NCBI GenBank assembly: GCA_963664825.1
Contig: OY761614.1
Coordinates: forward strand, 2,400,001-2,464,000
DNA: 64,000 bases
Direction: 5' to 3'
Source of the DNA: an uncultured Holophaga sp.
GTDB lineage: Bacteria; Acidobacteriota; Holophagae; Holophagales; Holophagaceae
Positions 38,433 through 48,767 of this stretch are shown here, one piece after another. The notes below the pieces were generated by a model. It was given only the letters and a program-made list of their open reading frames with translations. It made no database searches and was not told the origin of the DNA. The number at the start of each line of letters is the position of its first letter. Position 1 is the first letter of the stretch. The position numbers and the translations under genes were made by a program.

Positions 38433-38944
38433 ATAATCGGCGCTTCCATGTCGTAGACGGCCCAGCCCTCCTTGGGCGGGCCGTAGGTATCGGGTACCCT
38501 CAGACCCGCCTGGCGCATGAGCACCGTCATCTGGGCGCGATGGTGGGTCTGGTGGAGGATGATGACGTAAAGGGTCTTCCCGCGCATCCACCGCGCGCCG
38601 TAGAGTTCGTCCTCCGTCTCCAGATCCGTGTCCTGCCAGGGCGCGAGGCCCTCCAAGAGGGATTCGCTGGCCCGGTGGTAGGCGTCGCGCACCCCATGCA
38701 TGGTGGCCGGGGCCTGGCCGATGAAGGCGCCCTGGAGGAGATGGGCCCCTTCGATAGCCAGGCCGCAGTGCCCCGGCATTTCGATGAGGGATTCCACGAT
38801 ATGCCAGGCCATGCGCCGCAGATCCCGGTGTTCGGGGGTCACGGCCGTGTCCATGGCCTCATCGGGGATGGCGTCCATGACCGCGAGGGTCTTGGCGGCC
38901 TCCTCCTTCCAGCACTCCGTGAAGTCCGTGATGCGTCGGAACAT
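38429..38944 (-). CDS. DinB family protein
   Basis: [29 protein letters not shown]. Confidence 0.88.
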   Translation of the reverse strand: MFRRITDFTECWKEEAAKTLAVMDAIPDEAMDTAVTPEHRDLRRMAWHIVESLIEMPGHCGLAIEGAHLLQGAFIGQAPATMHGVRDAYHRASESLLEGLAPWQDTDLETEDELYGARWMRGKTLYVIILHQTHHRAQMTVLMRQAGLRVPDTYGPPKEGWAVYDMEAPII

Positions 38945-38969
38945 GGGTCGTCCTTTGTCGGGCAGGGGT

Positions 38970-40076
38970 TTACCCCTCGGTCTTGAGACTCTTGGCCAGC
39001 AGCTGGGTGCGGATGAATTCGTCCAGATCGCCGTCCAGGACCTTTTGCGTCTGGCCGGTTTCGCAGCCTGTGCGGTGATCCTTGACCAGCTGGTAGGGCT
39101 GAAGGACGTAGCTGCGGATCTGGCTGCCCCAGGTCACCTCGGATTTCTCTCCAGAGGCGGCGGCCACCTTCTCGTCGAACTTCTTCTTCTCCACCACGTA
39201 GAGCCGCGCCTTGAGGACCTTCAGGGCCGTGGCTCGGTTCTTGATCTGGCTGCGTTCGTTCTGGCAGCTCACCACGATGCCCGTGGGCAAATGGGTGAAG
39301 CGCACGGCGGATTCGGTGCGGTTCACGTGCTGGCCCCCGGCGCCGCTGGCGCGGAAGACATCGATCTTGAGGTCCTTGTCCGGGATCTCGAGATCGATGG
39401 TGTCGTCGAGTTCGGGGCTCACATAGACGGCGGCAAAGCTCGTGTGACGGCGCTTGGCGGCGTCGAAGGGGCTGATGCGCACCAGGCGGTGGACGCCGGC
39501 CTCGGCCCGCAAATACCCATAGGCGTAAGGCGCGCTCACGATGAAGGTGGCACCCTTCACGCCGGCCTCGTCCCCGTCCTGGTAATCGATCATCTCCGTG
39601 GGCCAGCCCTTGTACTCGCAGTAGCGCAGATACATGCGGAGGAGCATGGCGGCCCAGTCGCAGCTCTCCGTGCCGCCGGCTCCTGGGGCGATGGCCACGA
39701 TGGCATTGGTCCGATCCAAGGCGCCGCTGAGCATCATGCGCAGTTCGGAGGATTCGATGAGCTGGCGCAGGCTGGTCTCCAGGGCCTCGGCTTCGCCCAG
39801 CATCTCGGCATCATCCCGGGAGAGCTCCAGCGCCGTGCCCAGATCCTCCAGCCCGCCATCGAGCTTCTTGGCGGTGGCGATGTCCTCGGTGAGGAGGCCT
39901 CGGGCCTGGAGCACAGGCTTGGCCTTATCGGGGTCGTCCCAGAACCCTTGAGCGGCGGCCTTTTCCTCGATCTGTTCGAGTTCCAGCGCCTTGCGCTCGG
40001 GGTCGAGGTGGGCCACCAACTGGTGCACCCGGGGGGCCAATTCGTGCTTGGCCCGCATCAGTGTTTCGAAATCCAT
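38970..40076 (-). CDS. prfB: Peptide chain release factor 2 (no programmed frameshift)
   Basis: GGTESCDW, GVHRLVRISPFD (SPF), GAGGQHVN, WGSQIRSYV. Single frame from MDFETL. Confidence 0.95.
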   Translation of the reverse strand: MDFETLMRAKHELAPRVHQLVAHLDPERKALELEQIEEKAAAQGFWDDPDKAKPVLQARGLLTEDIATAKKLDGGLEDLGTALELSRDDAEMLGEAEALETSLRQLIESSELRMMLSGALDRTNAIVAIAPGAGGTESCDWAAMLLRMYLRYCEYKGWPTEMIDYQDGDEAGVKGATFIVSAPYAYGYLRAEAGVHRLVRISPFDAAKRRHTSFAAVYVSPELDDTIDLEIPDKDLKIDVFRASGAGGQHVNRTESAVRFTHLPTGIVVSCQNERSQIKNRATALKVLKARLYVVEKKKFDEKVAAASGEKSEVTWGSQIRSYVLQPYQLVKDHRTGCETGQTQKVLDGDLDEFIRTQLLAKSLKTEG

Positions 40077-40168
40077 ATCGCTTCCGTGTCGAAGGACGTC
40101 CGGAAGGGGGCGCCCATCCTCCACTTTAAGCCATCAGGATGGCCTCCGCTTCCCTGTATCCTGGAGGA

Positions 40169-41134
40169 ATGGCCGATGTGACCACCGTACTGCCCGATGA
40201 CCTGGAGCCCACCAACTATGGACTCCTGACGGGGCATAGCGAGACGGCCCTGGCTTTCTGCCGCTGGGAGCACCCCGATCCCATTGGCCGGATCGTGATC
40301 TCCCATGGCTTCGGGGAGCATGGGGAGCGCTATCGCCATATGGCCTACTGGCTTCATCATCTGGGCTGGTCGGTCTCGGCCCTGGATCATCGGGGCTTCG
40401 GTCGCAGCGGAGGCATTCGGGGAGACGCCGACGGCATCCATGGTTTCGTGGATGATCTGGTGCTCTTCCTGCGCCACGAACGGCGCTACGACGCCGACCG
40501 GGTGGGCGCTCCCCCCCGGGTGGTGGATGGCGTGCCCCTGCCTCCCCTGCCTGTCTGTCCCCAGGTCCTGCTGGGCCATAGCTTTGGTGGCCTCGTCGCC
40601 CTGCTGGCCCTGCTCTGGCATGCGGACACCCTGGAGGGCCTGATCCTGTCGAGTCCGGCGGTGAAACTGAGGGGCCTCGGGCTGTGGCTCGAGATGATGC
40701 AGCGCCTTCTCTCCTGGGTGGTGCCCCATAAGGCCATGGATATGCCCAATGACAAAGGCCAAGTCTGCTCCGACCCGGTCTTCGTCCAGCGTTACTGGGC
40801 CGATCCCCTCTGCCACCGGTTCACCTCCGCGGCCTTCGTGGACGCGCTCCGCCAAGGCCGGGAGGAGATCCTGAACCTGGGCCATGAACTGGACCGCCCC
40901 ATCCTGCTGCTGGAAGCGGGGGACGATGCCGTGGTGGATCCGGACGCCTCCGAGGCCCTCTGGGGCCAGGTCCGGCCGGAGCTCCTGGAAAGGCATCGGA
41001 TGGCAGGATTCAAACACGAAATATTCCATGATCTGCGTCGTGCCGAGGCTCTTGCCCTCACTGAGGCCTGGCTGCGGCATCTCCCGGTGGGACAATCCAG
41101 GAACCCTAGCCCCGCTTCCGCCACGCATGTATGA
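40169..41134 (+). CDS. Alpha/beta hydrolase (lysophospholipase-like)
   Basis: HGFGEHGERY, DHRGFGRS, GHSFGG, DAVVD, HEIF. GGAGG SD. Confidence 0.88.
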   Translation: MADVTTVLPDDLEPTNYGLLTGHSETALAFCRWEHPDPIGRIVISHGFGEHGERYRHMAYWLHHLGWSVSALDHRGFGRSGGIRGDADGIHGFVDDLVLFLRHERRYDADRVGAPPRVVDGVPLPPLPVCPQVLLGHSFGGLVALLALLWHADTLEGLILSSPAVKLRGLGLWLEMMQRLLSWVVPHKAMDMPNDKGQVCSDPVFVQRYWADPLCHRFTSAAFVDALRQGREEILNLGHELDRPILLLEAGDDAVVDPDASEALWGQVRPELLERHRMAGFKHEIFHDLRRAEALALTEAWLRHLPVGQSRNPSPASATHV

Positions 41135-41159
41135 GAAACACTGTATGAGAAACGAAGGG

Positions 41160-42104
41160 ATGTCCATGAAGCTCCGAATCCTCGCCCTCCCCCTCCTCCT
41201 GGTGGTCCTGGCCGGCCTTGGCTGCCGGAAGATCAGCAAGGTTCCCAAGAAGGACGAAACCACGCGCACCGCCGGCCAGCTCACGGAAGAGGCCACGGCC
41301 CTCCTGCAGCGGGGCAAGTGGGAAGAAGGCCGCAAGCTCCTGCGGGTCATTGAGGAACAGCTGCCGGGCACGCCCGAATTCCCGGCCGCCAAGCTGATGT
41401 TGGGGGACAGTTTCTTCTTCCAGGGCTCCAGCAGCTTTCCCGAGGCCCTGGTGGAGTACCAGAGCTTCCTGAACTTCTTCCCCCGCCACGAGAAGTGCGA
41501 TCTGGCCATGTACCGGGTGGCGCTTTGCCACTATGCCGCCATCGAGAACGCCGAGCGCGACCAGTCCGAGACTCGCTTAGCCCTCGAATCCTTCCAGCTC
41601 CTTCTCAAGGCGGCCCCCGGATCCCCCTATGTGGTCGACGCCAAGGCCAAGACCACCCAGTGCTGGCGCAGGCTGGCCGAGCATGAGCTCATGGTGGGCA
41701 TTCACTACATGAACAGCGGTCTATCGGCACCGGCCGAAAGCCGCCTCAAGCAGCTCCTGGAGACCTATCCCGATTACGTGGACCGGGAACGCGCCTACTA
41801 CTACCTGGGCGTGGCCATGCAGCAGAAGTACGTCTCCCCCCAAATCCTGGAGCAGTATCAGAAGGATTTCCTCGCCCGGGCCGACAAGGAGGATTTCACC
41901 AAGCTCGACAAGAAAGGGCTCGAGGAGCTGAAGGCCGGGATCGAGAAGCTCGCCGCCGACGAAGTGGCCAAGTATCGGCAGGAGGCTCGGGAATACTTCC
42001 AGAAACTGGTGGAGAGCTATCCCAATAGCGATTGGACCATCCGCGCCAAGGACCGCCTCCTGGAAATGGGCCAGGCCCACGTGAAGGAAGAACTCGATAG
42101 CTGA
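41160..42104 (+). CDS. bamD: Outer membrane assembly lipoprotein BamD
   Basis: Lipobox LAGLGC, TPR helices, FLNFFPRH, RDQSET, LAEHELMVGIHY, LLETYPDY. Confidence 0.85.
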   Translation: MSMKLRILALPLLLVVLAGLGCRKISKVPKKDETTRTAGQLTEEATALLQRGKWEEGRKLLRVIEEQLPGTPEFPAAKLMLGDSFFFQGSSSFPEALVEYQSFLNFFPRHEKCDLAMYRVALCHYAAIENAERDQSETRLALESFQLLLKAAPGSPYVVDAKAKTTQCWRRLAEHELMVGIHYMNSGLSAPAESRLKQLLETYPDYVDRERAYYYLGVAMQQKYVSPQILEQYQKDFLARADKEDFTKLDKKGLEELKAGIEKLAADEVAKYRQEAREYFQKLVESYPNSDWTIRAKDRLLEMGQAHVKEELDS

Positions 42105-42120
42105 GGCAGGTTCCCCGTAA

Positions 42121-42157
42121 AGCGAAGGGCCGCGGCAGATGCCGCGGCCCTTTTGCT
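42121..42157. terminator. Bidirectional terminator between bamD and the DegT-family gene
   Basis: AAGGGCCGCGGCA-ga-TGCCGCGGCCCTT perfect stem with A-rich and T-rich flanks. Confidence 0.85.
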
Positions 42158-42171
42158 TCCGTGAAGGGGAA

Positions 42172-43299
42172 CTACTTCTTGCCGAAGAAGCTCAGCAATC
42201 CCTTGGCCACTTCCTCCAGCATGGCCTCCGTCATCTCGGGGTAGACCGGCAGGCTCAGCACTTCCTGGGAGGCCAGTTCGGTCTCCGCGAGCTGTCCGGC
42301 CTTATAGCCCAGATAGGCGAAGCAGGGCTGCTGGTGGAGGGCGATGGGATAGTAGACCGCGCATCCGATGCCGAGGCCCCGGAGATGGGCCTGGAGGGCA
42401 TCGCGCTTGCCCTGCTTCACGCGCACCGTGAACTGGTTGTAGATGTGGCGGCCATCCGGCACGGTCTCGCTGGGCAGCACCATCTCCTCAGGAGTGATGG
42501 CCTTCAGGCGATCGAAGTACCACTGGGCGTGTTTCCGCCGCCCCTCATGCCAGGATTCCAGCATGGGCAGCTTGGCCCGGAGCACCAGGGCCTGGAACTC
42601 GTCCATGCGCCCATTCATGCCCACCTCGTGATGGACGTAGACGGGCTCCATGCCATGGACCCTCAGGCGGCGCACCCGAGCCGCCAGCTTCTCGTCGTCG
42701 CGGATCAGGGTCAGGCCAGAATCACCGAAGGAACCGAGATTCTTGGTGGGATAGAAGGAGCAGCCCGTCATGTCGCCGAATTGACCCGCGGATTTGCCCC
42801 AACCCTTGGCGCCCAGGCTCTGGCAGGCGTCCTCGATGACGGGGATGCCATGCTTCTTGGCCACGGCCATGATGGCCGGCATCTCCGCCAGCAGGCCGAA
42901 GAGGTGCACAGGCATGATGGCCTTGGTGCGGGGCGTGATGGCGGCTTCCACCAGCTTGCCGGTGGCGTTGAAGCTCACCGGATCCAGGTCGATGAAGACA
43001 GGCTTGGCGCCCGTGCGGGCCACGACGCCGGCTGTGGCGAAGAAGGTGAAGCTGGGGAGGATGACCTCGTCGCCAGCCTTGATATCGAGAGCCATGAGGG
43101 CCACCAGCAGCGCGTCGGTGCCGCTCGACATGCCGACGCCGTACTTCGCGCCGGAGTAGGTGGAGAGTTCGGCCTCCAGGCCCTTCACGTTTTCGCCCAG
43201 GATGAAGGCGGATTTGTCGATGATGGTGGAAAGCCCCTCTAGGATCTTCGCCTTCACCGAGGCGTTCTGGGGTGCGAGTTCAAGCATGGGCACGGACAT
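42172..43299 (-). CDS. DegT/DnrJ/EryC1/StrS PLP-dependent aminotransferase
   Basis: SGTDALL, PVHLFG, IEDACQ, SFYPTKNLG, GMNGRMDEFQA, LSLP. Confidence 0.93.
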   Translation of the reverse strand: MSVPMLELAPQNASVKAKILEGLSTIIDKSAFILGENVKGLEAELSTYSGAKYGVGMSSGTDALLVALMALDIKAGDEVILPSFTFFATAGVVARTGAKPVFIDLDPVSFNATGKLVEAAITPRTKAIMPVHLFGLLAEMPAIMAVAKKHGIPVIEDACQSLGAKGWGKSAGQFGDMTGCSFYPTKNLGSFGDSGLTLIRDDEKLAARVRRLRVHGMEPVYVHHEVGMNGRMDEFQALVLRAKLPMLESWHEGRRKHAQWYFDRLKAITPEEMVLPSETVPDGRHIYNQFTVRVKQGKRDALQAHLRGLGIGCAVYYPIALHQQPCFAYLGYKAGQLAETELASQEVLSLPVYPEMTEAMLEEVAKGLLSFFGKK

Positions 43300-43481
43300 G
43301 GGCATCTCCTGGCTGCCCTGGCAGGACTCTAGGCTGCCTGGGCGGATGAGAACAGTATGCCAGGGGCGTTGCGCCTGCGTCCCGTGGGGTGCATCCTGGG
43401 GGCTATTCCTCCACAGAACCTCGATTGCATGCCCCCGGGCGCCAAGTCTGGGGCCGGTCCCTTCGCTCGGGGAGGACAGCC

Positions 43482-45677
43482 GTGCCAGATACCCTCCCCT
43501 TCGACGAGGATCTCCAAAGGCTCCTGGAGGCCTGCCACCACGATCCCTGCGCTGTCCTGGGCCGTCACGAAGCTGAGGGCGAGGCCCTGGTGCGCGCCTT
43601 CCTGCCCCGTGCGGTCTCGGTTGCCATCGCCGAGGGGGGCAGGCCGCTCTCCCGTCTGGGCGCCAGCGATCTCTTCGAATGGCGGGGCGAGGGGTCCGAT
43701 CTGCCCGCCCATTACGGCTTCCGGTGGCGGGACGGGGAGGGCTTGGAACACCTCGCCCACGACCCCTATACGTTTGCGCCGCAGATTTCGGACTTCGATC
43801 TGCATCTCTTCCGGGAGGGGCACCACTGGCATGCCCACCGTTTCCTGGGTGCCCATGTCCAGGAGGTGGACGGCGTACCCGGCGTCCTCTTCGCCCTGTG
43901 GGCGCCCAACGCCGAGCGGGTGAGTGTGGTGGGGGACTTCAACGGCTGGGATGGCCGCTGCCATCCCATGGGTGTGCATGGGGGGCACGGCGTATGGGAG
44001 CTCTTCATTCCCGATCTGGGGCCCGGGGCGCTCTACAAGTTCGAACTCCGGAACCGCGATACGGGCCTCGTGTGCCTCAAGACCGATCCCTACGGCCGCG
44101 CCTTCGAGCTGCGGCCCCGGACGGCCTCCCTTGTCCTGGACGATGGGCGCTTCGCATGGGGGGATAGGGACTGGATGCGGGCGAGGGCCGATCGCGACTG
44201 GCAGCAGGAGCCCATGTCCGTCTACGAGGTGCATCTGGGCTCCTGGCAGCGGGGGCCGGAGGGGGAGTTCCTGAACTACCGGGAGCTGGCCCGGCGCCTG
44301 GTGGATTACGCCCTGGAAATGGGCTTCACCCATATCGAGCTGCTTCCGGTCACCGAATACCCCTTCGATCCCTCCTGGGGCTACCAGACCACCGGCTACT
44401 ACGCTCCCACCCGCCGCTGCGGAAGCCCTGAGGACTTCCGCGCCTTCGTGGATTACTGCCACGACCATGGCCTGGGCGTGCTGGTGGACTGGGTGCCTGC
44501 CCACTTTCCCAAGGATGCCCACGCCCTGGCCCGCTTCGATGGCACGGCCCTCTACGAGCACGAGGATCCGCGCATGGGTGAGCACCAGGACTGGTCCACG
44601 CTGATCTTCAACTTCGGGCGCCACGAGGTGAAGAACTTCCTCCTCTCCAGCGCCCTCTTCTGGCTGGAGGAGATGCACCTGGATGGCCTGCGGGTGGACG
44701 CCGTGGCCTCCATGCTCTACCTGGACTACTCGCGGAAGGAGGGCGAGTGGATTCCCAACCATTACGGGGGGCGGGAGAACCTGGACGCCATCGATTTCCT
44801 GAGGGAGCTCAACGTCGTTGTCCACCAGCAGTGCCCCGGCGCCCTCATGATCGCCGAGGAATCCACGGCCTGGCCCCAGGTCAGCCGGCCCACGTACCTG
44901 GGGGGCCTGGGCTTCGACCTGAAGTGGAACATGGGCTGGATGAACGACACCCTGCGCTACATGAGCCATGAGCCAATCCACCGCTCCTACCACCAGGACC
45001 TGCTCACCTTCAGCATGCTCTACGCCTTCACGGAAAACTTCGTCCTGCCCTTCAGCCATGACGAGGTGGTGCATGGCAAGGGATCGATGCTCAACAAGAT
45101 GCCCGGCGACGAATGGCAGCGCTTCGCCAATCTGCGCGCCCTCTACGCCTACCAGTTCACCCACCCCGGCAAGAAGCTGCTCTTCATGGGCACGGAGTTC
45201 GGCCAGGGGCTGGAATGGAATAGCGCCGGTGTCCTGGACTGGTACGTGCTGGATTACCCCGTCCACCGGGGCGTCCAGCGCCTGGTGAAGGACCTGAACG
45301 CCCTCTACCGGCGGGAGGCGGCCCTGCATCGGGTCGAGTTCCAGTGGCAGGGCTTCGAATGGATCGATTGTCACGATGCCCGGCAATCCGTCCTCGTCTT
45401 CCTCCGCTGGGCTGGGGAGGCCTTCCTGGTGGTGGTGGCCAACCTCACGCCCGTGCCCCGCCAGGGCTACCGCATCGGCGTGCCGCGCCGCGGGCGCTTC
45501 GCGGAGATCCTCAATACCGATTCGAGCCTCTACGGCGGGAGCAATATGGGCAACGGGGACCGGGTGCTCGAGGCCGAGGACATCCCCTGGATGGGCCGCC
45601 CCTGGTCCCTGGAACTGACGCTGCCTCCCCTGGCTGTGATCGTGCTGAGGCCGGGTGCAGAGGGGGGAACCCCGTGA
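43482..45677 (+). CDS. glgB: 1,4-alpha-glucan branching enzyme
   Basis: [52 protein letters not shown] before GTG 43482. Confidence 0.96.
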   Translation: MPDTLPFDEDLQRLLEACHHDPCAVLGRHEAEGEALVRAFLPRAVSVAIAEGGRPLSRLGASDLFEWRGEGSDLPAHYGFRWRDGEGLEHLAHDPYTFAPQISDFDLHLFREGHHWHAHRFLGAHVQEVDGVPGVLFALWAPNAERVSVVGDFNGWDGRCHPMGVHGGHGVWELFIPDLGPGALYKFELRNRDTGLVCLKTDPYGRAFELRPRTASLVLDDGRFAWGDRDWMRARADRDWQQEPMSVYEVHLGSWQRGPEGEFLNYRELARRLVDYALEMGFTHIELLPVTEYPFDPSWGYQTTGYYAPTRRCGSPEDFRAFVDYCHDHGLGVLVDWVPAHFPKDAHALARFDGTALYEHEDPRMGEHQDWSTLIFNFGRHEVKNFLLSSALFWLEEMHLDGLRVDAVASMLYLDYSRKEGEWIPNHYGGRENLDAIDFLRELNVVVHQQCPGALMIAEESTAWPQVSRPTYLGGLGFDLKWNMGWMNDTLRYMSHEPIHRSYHQDLLTFSMLYAFTENFVLPFSHDEVVHGKGSMLNKMPGDEWQRFANLRALYAYQFTHPGKKLLFMGTEFGQGLEWNSAGVLDWYVLDYPVHRGVQRLVKDLNALYRREAALHRVEFQWQGFEWIDCHDARQSVLVFLRWAGEAFLVVVANLTPVPRQGYRIGVPRRGRFAEILNTDSSLYGGSNMGNGDRVLEAEDIPWMGRPWSLELTLPPLAVIVLRPGAEGGTP

Positions 45678-45735
45678 CGCCTGGCTTAGCGAAATGAACG
45701 AGGCTCCACTGGAGCGCGACCCACTGGACGATTAT

Positions 45736-45805
45736 GTGACTCGGTGCGGGTGCCCCGTTGCTGGGACTCCACTGGAGTCCCAGCAACGACCCGCATCCGA
45801 GTCAC
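45736..45805. repeat. Long imperfect palindrome between convergent glgB and Crp/Fnr genes
   Basis: Perfect 16-bp arms CGTTGCTGGGACTCCA/TGGAGTCCCAGCAACG around C45772, extended by TGCGGGT/ACCCGCA and GTGACTCGG/CCGAGTCAC. Confidence 0.85.
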
Positions 45806-46476
45806 CCCCTTGCATACCTCTGCAGCTTCTGGATATCCAGGATGCGGACGACGGGGAAGGTGCTCTGGATGAGGCCCAGATCGGCCAGGAGGCGCAGGGC
45901 TCGGCTGAAGGCTTCGCGGCTGGCGCCGATGCACTGGGCGAGGTCTTCCTGGGTCTCCTGGAATTCCACCAGGGTGCGGGTGGGGGTGCGGTTCTGGTAG
46001 TCCAGGATGAGCTGGGCCACGCGCTCGGGCACGCTGTGAAGGCTGAGGGTCTCCACCAATTGGATGAGATGGCGGACCTTGCCGGCGAAGTGGCGGATGA
46101 TGACCTCGCCGATGGCCGGATTGCGATGCACCATGCGCTTGAGGGCCGGACCCGGGATGAGCCAGCATTCCGTCTCGCCATGGGCTTCGGCGCCGCTGGC
46201 GATGGGTCCGCCATCGAAGACCTGGACCTCGCCGACGCAGGTGCCGGGTTGGAGCATATCCAGGACCTGGACCTTGCCCCGGCCATCGGTGCGGAAGACC
46301 TTCAGGGAACCCTGGACGACCACGAAGATCCCGGGGAGCATCTCGCCCTGGTTGAAGACGATGGCCCCGTCCGGATAGCGGCGCAGCTCGCTGACGGAAG
46401 CCAGCTCCTCGGCCTCCGCCTGGGGAAGGCCCGCGAGATAATCCACCCGCCTCAGATTGACGATAGCCTGGCCCAT
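45802..46476 (-). CDS. Crp/Fnr-family transcriptional regulator
   Basis: VFNQGE, VGEV, HTH TQEDLAQCIGASREAFSRAL (ExxSR). No FNR-type N-terminal Cys cluster. Confidence 0.9.
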   Translation of the reverse strand: MGQAIVNLRRVDYLAGLPQAEAEELASVSELRRYPDGAIVFNQGEMLPGIFVVVQGSLKVFRTDGRGKVQVLDMLQPGTCVGEVQVFDGGPIASGAEAHGETECWLIPGPALKRMVHRNPAIGEVIIRHFAGKVRHLIQLVETLSLHSVPERVAQLILDYQNRTPTRTLVEFQETQEDLAQCIGASREAFSRALRLLADLGLIQSTFPVVRILDIQKLQRYARG

Positions 46477-46497
46477 GAAGGTTCCACTCGCTCCTCG

Positions 46498-46513
46498 CGT
46501 GATTTGTATCACA
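46498..46513. promoter_or_regulatory. Crp/Fnr-type binding site
   Basis: On the minus strand TGTGATACAAATCACG, matching TGTGA-N6-TCACA with one mismatch, 21 nt upstream of the Crp/Fnr gene start. Confidence 0.65.
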
Positions 46514-46620
46514 GTTCCCGGACAATCCGAAGTGGGATGGTCCTTTAGGGGCTCTGACGACTTTGTTTGTTGACGGGCCGTCAATTTATTGGGAGATGCA
46601 TTGGATTTTGTGCTCACGGA

Positions 46621-48645
46621 TCACCAGATCGAGGGGCGATCTGTCGCGGGGCGCAGCATGGGGTCGCCCTCCTTGCATCCGAAGGCCTCGAAGAATTCCG
46701 GCATATTGACCAGGGGGCCCAGGATCCGGTATTTGGCCGGGGAATGGACATCGGTCATCAGGCGGGAGCGCAGGGCCTCTTCCCTGTGCTTGAGCCGCCA
46801 GGTCTCGGCGTAGCCCAGGAAGAAGCGCTGCTCGGGGGTGAAGCCCTCGATGAGGCCCACGGGGGCCTTGCCGCGTTGGCTGAGTTTGTAGGCGTCGAAG
46901 GCGATCTTCAGGCCGCCCAGGTCGGCCAGGTTCTCGCCCAGGGTGGTCTTCCCATTGATGTGCATGCCGGGCAGGGGCTCGAAGGCGTCGAACTGCTTCA
47001 CCACGAGCTGGGCACGGGCATCGAAGGCCTTGGCGTCCTCGGGAGTCCACCAGTCCTTGAGATTGCCCTGGGCATCGAACTGGCGGCCCTGGTCGTCGAA
47101 GCCGTGGGTCAGCTCGTGGCCGATGGTGGCGCCGATATTGCCGTAGTTCACCGCGTCATCGGCCTCCAGATCGAAGTAGGGCGGCTGCAGGATGCCCGCC
47201 GGGAAGCAGATCTCGTTGAGGGTGGGCTCGTAGTAGGCGTTGTTGGTGGGGGGCGTCATCAGCCATTCCCCCCGGTCCAGGGGTTTGCCCAGGCGGCCCA
47301 GGTTGCGCTGGAATTCGAAGGCCCGGGCCTTGAGGGCATTCAGGACGAAGGGGCCGCGATCGATTTCCAGCTTGGAATAGTCGCGCCAGACATCGGGGTA
47401 GCCGATCTTCACCCGGATGGTGTCGACCTTGCCAAGGGCCTGCTGCTTGGTGGTTTCACCCATCCATTCGAGCTGGAGGATGCGACTCCGCAGGGCCGCC
47501 AGGATGTTCTTCACGAGTTCATTCATCCGGGCCTTGGCCTGGGGTGGAAAGGCGCGCTCCACGTAGAGCTTGCCGAGGGCCTCGCCCAGGGCTTCATCGG
47601 TGTGAGCCAGGATGCGCTTCCAGCGGGGCTTCTGGATCTGGGTGCCCTGGAGGGTCTTGCCATAGAAGGCGAAGGACTCCTCCTCGATGGCGGCGTTCAG
47701 GTCGGAAGCCGTGCTGCGCAGCAGGTTCCAGCGCAGGTAGGTCTGCCACTGGGCCAAGGGCACATCCTGGGCCATGCGGCCCAGTTCCTGGAAGAAGCTC
47801 GGCTGGCGCACCAGCAGGTTCTTCACGGAACCCAGGCCCAGGGCCTTGAAATAGGCGTTCCAGTCCAGGCCGGGGGCCAGCTTGGCTAGGCCTGCCAGGG
47901 TCATCTTATGGTAGACGGCATTGGGGTCTCGGAGCTCCTCCATGCTCATGGAGGCCTTGGCGAGCCTCAGCTCCAGGCCCATGACGGCCTCGGCATGAGC
48001 CTTGGCCTCGGCGGGCTTTTCCCCCAGGAATTGGAAGTTCTTTGCGACATGGAACAGGTACTTGGCCCGGAGTTCCAGGGACTTGGCATCGGTCTTCAGG
48101 TAGTATTCCCGCTCCGGCAGCCCCAACCCGCCCTGGGAGATCTGGACGATGTAGTGCTCGCTGGCCTTGTCATCCTGGTCCACCCGGAACTGGAAGGCGG
48201 GCCTGAACAGTTCCCTGTGGAGGGAAGCCAGCATTTCCGGCAGGTGCTCCCGCTTGAGCTCCTCGATGCTGGCCAGGTGGCCCTTCAACGGCTTCAGGCC
48301 CTCCTTCTCGATGCGGGGGATGTCCATGCCCGAGGCGAAGTAATCCCCCACCTTCTGGCGCTCGGAACCCTTGGGGGCGGTCCTATCCTGAGCGGCTCCC
48401 TCCAGGATCTCCTTCAGGACCTTGAAGGAGCGCTCCTCGATCTCCTGGTCCACGCCATAGGAGGCATATTCCGGGGGGATCACGGTGTTCTTCTCCCAGG
48501 TGCCCAGGGCGTAGCCGAAGAAGTCATCGCAGGGACGCACGGAGGTGTCCATGTTCTTGGGGTTGAAGCCGTGGTAACCCTGGGCGGCGAGGGGACTGGC
48601 CGCGAGGCACAGGGCGAAGGCGGGAAGAAGGATTCGGCGGATCAT
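46621..48645 (-). CDS. Secreted M13 (neprilysin/PepO-like) metallopeptidase
   Basis: Signal peptide, PCDDFF, NAYY, GHELTHGFDD, ENLAD, HSP. Confidence 0.94.
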   Translation of the reverse strand: MIRRILLPAFALCLAASPLAAQGYHGFNPKNMDTSVRPCDDFFGYALGTWEKNTVIPPEYASYGVDQEIEERSFKVLKEILEGAAQDRTAPKGSERQKVGDYFASGMDIPRIEKEGLKPLKGHLASIEELKREHLPEMLASLHRELFRPAFQFRVDQDDKASEHYIVQISQGGLGLPEREYYLKTDAKSLELRAKYLFHVAKNFQFLGEKPAEAKAHAEAVMGLELRLAKASMSMEELRDPNAVYHKMTLAGLAKLAPGLDWNAYFKALGLGSVKNLLVRQPSFFQELGRMAQDVPLAQWQTYLRWNLLRSTASDLNAAIEEESFAFYGKTLQGTQIQKPRWKRILAHTDEALGEALGKLYVERAFPPQAKARMNELVKNILAALRSRILQLEWMGETTKQQALGKVDTIRVKIGYPDVWRDYSKLEIDRGPFVLNALKARAFEFQRNLGRLGKPLDRGEWLMTPPTNNAYYEPTLNEICFPAGILQPPYFDLEADDAVNYGNIGATIGHELTHGFDDQGRQFDAQGNLKDWWTPEDAKAFDARAQLVVKQFDAFEPLPGMHINGKTTLGENLADLGGLKIAFDAYKLSQRGKAPVGLIEGFTPEQRFFLGYAETWRLKHREEALRSRLMTDVHSPAKYRILGPLVNMPEFFEAFGCKEGDPMLRPATDRPSIW

Positions 48646-48767
48646 CGGGTCTCCGGGGGCGAATAGAAGGGTGCTGGCTTCCAGTGTGCTACCAAATGGG
48701 GGGCTCTGAACAATGGGCCCCGGAACGGGTGGCGTTCCAGGGCCCGTCATCGGGATCAGGGGTGGGT

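Noticed and set aside
45700..45805. CCACTGGA repeats as a mini-CRISPR or integron attC site
   Set aside because: Repeats are too short and irregularly spaced, there are no cas genes, and I saw no properly placed RYYYAAC/GTTRRRY core pair or integrase.
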